Below are positions 60,760-64,000 of a stretch of 64,000 bases of DNA, in pieces. The translations under genes were made by a program, and so were the position numbers. The stretch comes from an uncultured Gammaproteobacteria bacterium. GTDB lineage: Bacteria > Patescibacteriota > Patescibacteriia > Magasanikbacterales > UBA922. The stretch lies in the NCBI GenBank assembly GCA_964522435.1, contig CAZFUL010000006.1:9573-73572 (forward strand). Reading direction: 5' to 3'. Numbering within the stretch: position 1 is the stretch's first letter; the number at the start of each line of letters is the position of its first letter. The notes under the pieces are model-generated. The model worked only from the letters and a program-made list of their open reading frames with translations. It was not told where the DNA came from and searched no databases.

Positions 60760-62898
60760 TTATCGAGGACTAATAGCAGGATCAGATAAAAAGTTAATAC
60801 AGGTCTCCGTATCTGGTTGAGTCAAAGAGTCATCATTTGCCGCTACACGCCGCGCACATCCCGTATCTTGTTTTGGTTCAGATGCTCTTACAGGGACACA
60901 ATTATTTCCATCACCAATGGCATTTCCTCTGTCATCATAGAGCACCTCACAAATCGGTACTTGATCTCCTTGTCCTATTTCTTTATATACAGGACCACGC
61001 CCCGGATATAAACAATTTTGAGTCACACTTTTTACTGAGCCAGGAATAGAGGGAAAATAATAAAATGCTTCTCCTAATGGCCCAAACTCTCGATGATCAA
61101 CCGTCGCGATGGTTTTTCCATTTTGATCCGCACCTCGAGGTCGTTTCCACAATTCAGGAATATTTAATTGGTCTCGCAATTCTTGTGGGTGTTCTGTAAT
61201 ATCAATATCATATAAGGTGTCGTTCCACATTTCTTTACTAAAACGAATATGCACCGGAGTAAACGCTTCTACCCGTTCTTGATCTAACAAGGGCATCACT
61301 GATTCAATATGTGGCGGTACACGATCAATCGTATTTGCAACGACAAATGACCACCAATAATTATCAGGCGCTTTTTCTCCATCATCAATCGCTTTTGGAT
61401 TATTTACGGCAGGACGTGCTTGTGCTTGTCCATCCGCATTACCATCCATTCGATTCGATGACATATCTGCCACACCCGTAAAAGGAATCGAGATAAACGA
61501 TCGCGCGTTATCTGGTTCTTCGCTTAAGGCAGTTAATACGAGTGTATCCACTGTGTTTTGACAAGCAACATCTTGCGGATCATTACATAATAACGGCAAA
61601 CAATACATTGTGTCCCCACAACTATTTTGTCCACAAGGAACTTGAGAAACAAATTCTACTGTTTGATAGCCATTACTTATTTTCCACTCTCCTTCAATTG
61701 GCGCATTGCTCCCAAATACGATGGTATTAAATAACGTGTTTGGTCCAACCAGTCCTTGCACCGTTGTTGGATCAATTGGTTCATTAAAGGTAATTTTTAC
61801 AATACTATTTCGTGGAACCACCTGACCATTACGCGGATAAACACTTTGCACAACAGGCGGGTCAGTATCAAATTCGGTATTGGTTTCAAATACCCATTCA
61901 TAACGACCATCGCGATCGCCCGCAAAAGCGGGTGTTCCTGTTTGTAACAACACATTATTTGTTAACTGTACGGTATAGTTTACAGAGGTTGCATCATTAC
62001 CCAAGGCTTCTTTTGGTTGAAACACAAACGTCGTTGCCTGGGCATTATTATCGTAGGTGGTAAACGCAAAGGCTTCAACAAGTCGTTCTTCATCCCCAGT
62101 AGGGAATATTTTCACCGAACTTGTTGCGAGTTCATCACACACAGACACACCATTTATCTGGTGACAATCACCATAATAGGGCGCTCGGTTTAACACACCA
62201 TCACCATCAGGATCACATACTTGATTATCAGTTGTTGGCTGTAACGCATCATTCCAACAACTCTTATTGGTATTTTGTATCGTACTCGATGGCAATATTG
62301 GTGCGGCAAACGTAACGACAATACGCGTATTTCTTTTTACCTCTGTTTGATTACGGAAGGGATAATGATCTTTTACTATACGCCCTAATGAACCACTCGC
62401 GACAAAAGATTCAGAAGGAATACGTCCTTGCCCATTTTCGCCATTTGCCCCAAGACCGGTTGATTCAAGCAATTTTTGTAATACAAATCGCGTAATCCCC
62501 CAAGAGGATAACACAATGATAAGACCAATAACCGCATTGATTAATGTTTTTTTTGCTTTTTCTATTTGATCTTCTTTTCCTGCTGCCGTCATCCATAGTG
62601 CTCCGGCATAGATCATGTAGATAACAATGATAACCGCGAGGATGGCTAATATCGCGTTAATAATACGCGCAATAATAATGCTCGGACTCAAACTTGATAA
62701 CCCTAAATTTGTTCCGGCTTGCGTAACGCCTAACGGATCAACATTTTGCGCAAATACCGTACTCCCAAGTAAAAAAGAACAGACAATTAAAAACATGGCA
62801 AGAGTGGTCTTTTGCCATTTTTTTCTGTGGATAAATTGGAGAACCCGAGAAAGCATGGAAACCCAGGTTTGAGATGTGAATAAAAAATGGAATTGCAA
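60760..62898 (-). CDS. VirB2/TrbC-like pilin with Ig-like (Big_5) domains
   Basis: YAGALWMTAAGKEDQIEKAKKTLINAVIGL; PPVVQSVYP...VPRNSIVKITFNEPIDP. Confidence 0.85.
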   Translation of the reverse strand: MQFHFLFTSQTWVSMLSRVLQFIHRKKWQKTTLAMFLIVCSFLLGSTVFAQNVDPLGVTQAGTNLGLSSLSPSIIIARIINAILAILAVIIVIYMIYAGALWMTAAGKEDQIEKAKKTLINAVIGLIIVLSSWGITRFVLQKLLESTGLGANGENGQGRIPSESFVASGSLGRIVKDHYPFRNQTEVKRNTRIVVTFAAPILPSSTIQNTNKSCWNDALQPTTDNQVCDPDGDGVLNRAPYYGDCHQINGVSVCDELATSSVKIFPTGDEERLVEAFAFTTYDNNAQATTFVFQPKEALGNDATSVNYTVQLTNNVLLQTGTPAFAGDRDGRYEWVFETNTEFDTDPPVVQSVYPRNGQVVPRNSIVKITFNEPIDPTTVQGLVGPNTLFNTIVFGSNAPIEGEWKISNGYQTVEFVSQVPCGQNSCGDTMYCLPLLCNDPQDVACQNTVDTLVLTALSEEPDNARSFISIPFTGVADMSSNRMDGNADGQAQARPAVNNPKAIDDGEKAPDNYWWSFVVANTIDRVPPHIESVMPLLDQERVEAFTPVHIRFSKEMWNDTLYDIDITEHPQELRDQLNIPELWKRPRGADQNGKTIATVDHREFGPLGEAFYYFPSIPGSVKSVTQNCLYPGRGPVYKEIGQGDQVPICEVLYDDRGNAIGDGNNCVPVRASEPKQDTGCARRVAANDDSLTQPDTETCINFLSDPAISPR

Positions 62899-62904
62899 AT
62901 GCGA

Positions 62905-63342
62905 TTATGCAAGTGCTTCTTGAACAATCTCCCGAACACGGTTACCGTCTGCTTGCCCTCTGCAACGCTGCATAACTTGACCAATGAGTACCCCAATCGC
63001 ATGAGGTGCTGCACTGTCTGCCAATACCTCTTTTATTATAGCACGAATTTCATCATCTGACATCTGTGCTGGTAAATATTGTGATAACAAGGCAATTTCT
63101 TGTTGATTATTTTCTACCAAATCGGTTCGATTACCTTTTTCAAAATCTTTGATTGCTTCTTGCAATCGCTTCACTGTGGTTTTAATAACCGCTAAAACAT
63201 CAGCATCAGACAGCTCGTGTTGCAGATCAATTTCTTTATTTTTTATCTCTGAACACAAAACACGCAGCGTATTGAGCGCTGCGTGGTTTCGCTGTTTCAT
63301 TGCAACGTTTCGAGCGGTAAAAATATCTTCTCGAAGTGACAT
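62905..63342 (-). CDS. yqeY: GatB/YqeY domain protein
   Basis: SEIKNKEI, YLPAQMS, IGQVM...ADG. Confidence 0.93.
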   Translation of the reverse strand: MSLREDIFTARNVAMKQRNHAALNTLRVLCSEIKNKEIDLQHELSDADVLAVIKTTVKRLQEAIKDFEKGNRTDLVENNQQEIALLSQYLPAQMSDDEIRAIIKEVLADSAAPHAIGVLIGQVMQRCRGQADGNRVREIVQEALA

Positions 63343-63360
63343 AGAAACAAATAAAAATAA

Positions 63361-63609
63361 TTAGTATTTTTTATTTCGATCATTGGTATCTTCTATCGGT
63401 AATTTGCCGATCTTTTGAAGATATCGTGTTTTTGACATCAAATGAGCACGACTTACGGCTTGCTTCTTTTGCACGCCTTTACTCAGTTTTGGCTCATGAT
63501 ATTGAATTTTTTTTGCTTGAAGAATTTTTCCGGATTTCATCCATTGTTGCTTCACGCGGCGAAAAAAAGATTCAAATGATTCGTTTTTTTTGCGTTTTAC
63601 TTCTGACAC
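63361..63609 (-). CDS. rpsU: 30S ribosomal protein bS21
   Basis: EVKRKKNESFESFFRRVKQ..SG; rpsU-yqeY order; GTG start at 63609 lies 8 nt after GGAGG. Confidence 0.85.
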   Translation of the reverse strand: MSEVKRKKNESFESFFRRVKQQWMKSGKILQAKKIQYHEPKLSKGVQKKQAVSRAHLMSKTRYLQKIGKLPIEDTNDRNKKY

Positions 63610-63764
63610 AGTATTCACCTCCCCCTTTGCAGGGTTGTATGTATTACCAGTGTTTCTTCTTTAGAAAAAACACAGCGGGAATAGACTTTTAGGCAGTCTA
63701 TTCTAAATATAGGAGGAGTATACGAGAAATATCGTATTTCGTCAAGATAGACAGAAAAACAGGC

Positions 63765-64000
63765 CTATATATGAGATTGTAACAACTTTTGAAGATGTTT
63801 TTCTAAGCGTTTTTGATCAATAATTTCTTGGACACCTGAGCTCATATCCCGAATAATAACTGTACCATCTTGCACTTCTTTTTGACCTAAAATAATACAG
63901 TGGGTCGCCCCTTGTTTGTTCGCCATTTCTAATTGTCCTTTTAACGAGCCTTTTGAGAGACTTGATCCTACCATAATACCCGCACGACGTAATTCTTCAA
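63765..64000 (-). CDS. hisS: Histidyl-tRNA synthetase, C-terminal part (truncated by window edge)
   Basis: LRRAGI...SLKGQLEMANK.GA...ILGQKEVQDGTVIIRDMSSGVQ anticodon-binding domain. Confidence 0.85.
   Translation of the reverse strand, partial: EELRRAGIMVGSSLSKGSLKGQLEMANKQGATHCIILGQKEVQDGTVIIRDMSSGVQEIIDQKRLEKHLQKLLQSHI

Overview
Low-GC (about 35-40% by eye) chromosome segment, most likely a Patescibacteria/CPR genome of the ABY1 type (inferred from gene content). Core genes: radical SAM, glycosylation genes, smpB-tmRNA, infC-rpmI-rplT, ppsA/pyk, nrdR, ftsZ/ftsA, dgkA, ybeY, a giant pilin-anchored surface protein cluster, yqeY, rpsU and hisS. Accessory DNA: (i) a high-GC (about 65-70%) three-gene islet with a myxobacterial-like MopE-repeat lipoprotein, plus further GC-rich singleton genes; (ii) a 7.7 kb serine-recombinase island in tRNA-Asp carrying HigB, HigA-ImmA, beta-family and sce7726 genes. 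Most interesting signals: (1) three copies of a ~55-nt structured RNA, each with its own promoter and T-tract, around a small putative nuclease gene (candidate RNA-antitoxin system); (2) native genes lack Shine-Dalgarno (SD) sites while the GC-rich genes and rpsU carry strong ones; (3) an unannotated ~200-nt RNA with two covarying hairpins whose loops expose anti-SD CCCCCUCCUU; (4) an integrase gene split by its own att site, whose alternative C-terminus is restored on excision; (5) a terminator/antiterminator RNA inside the island. All family assignments come from motif recognition, not database searches.
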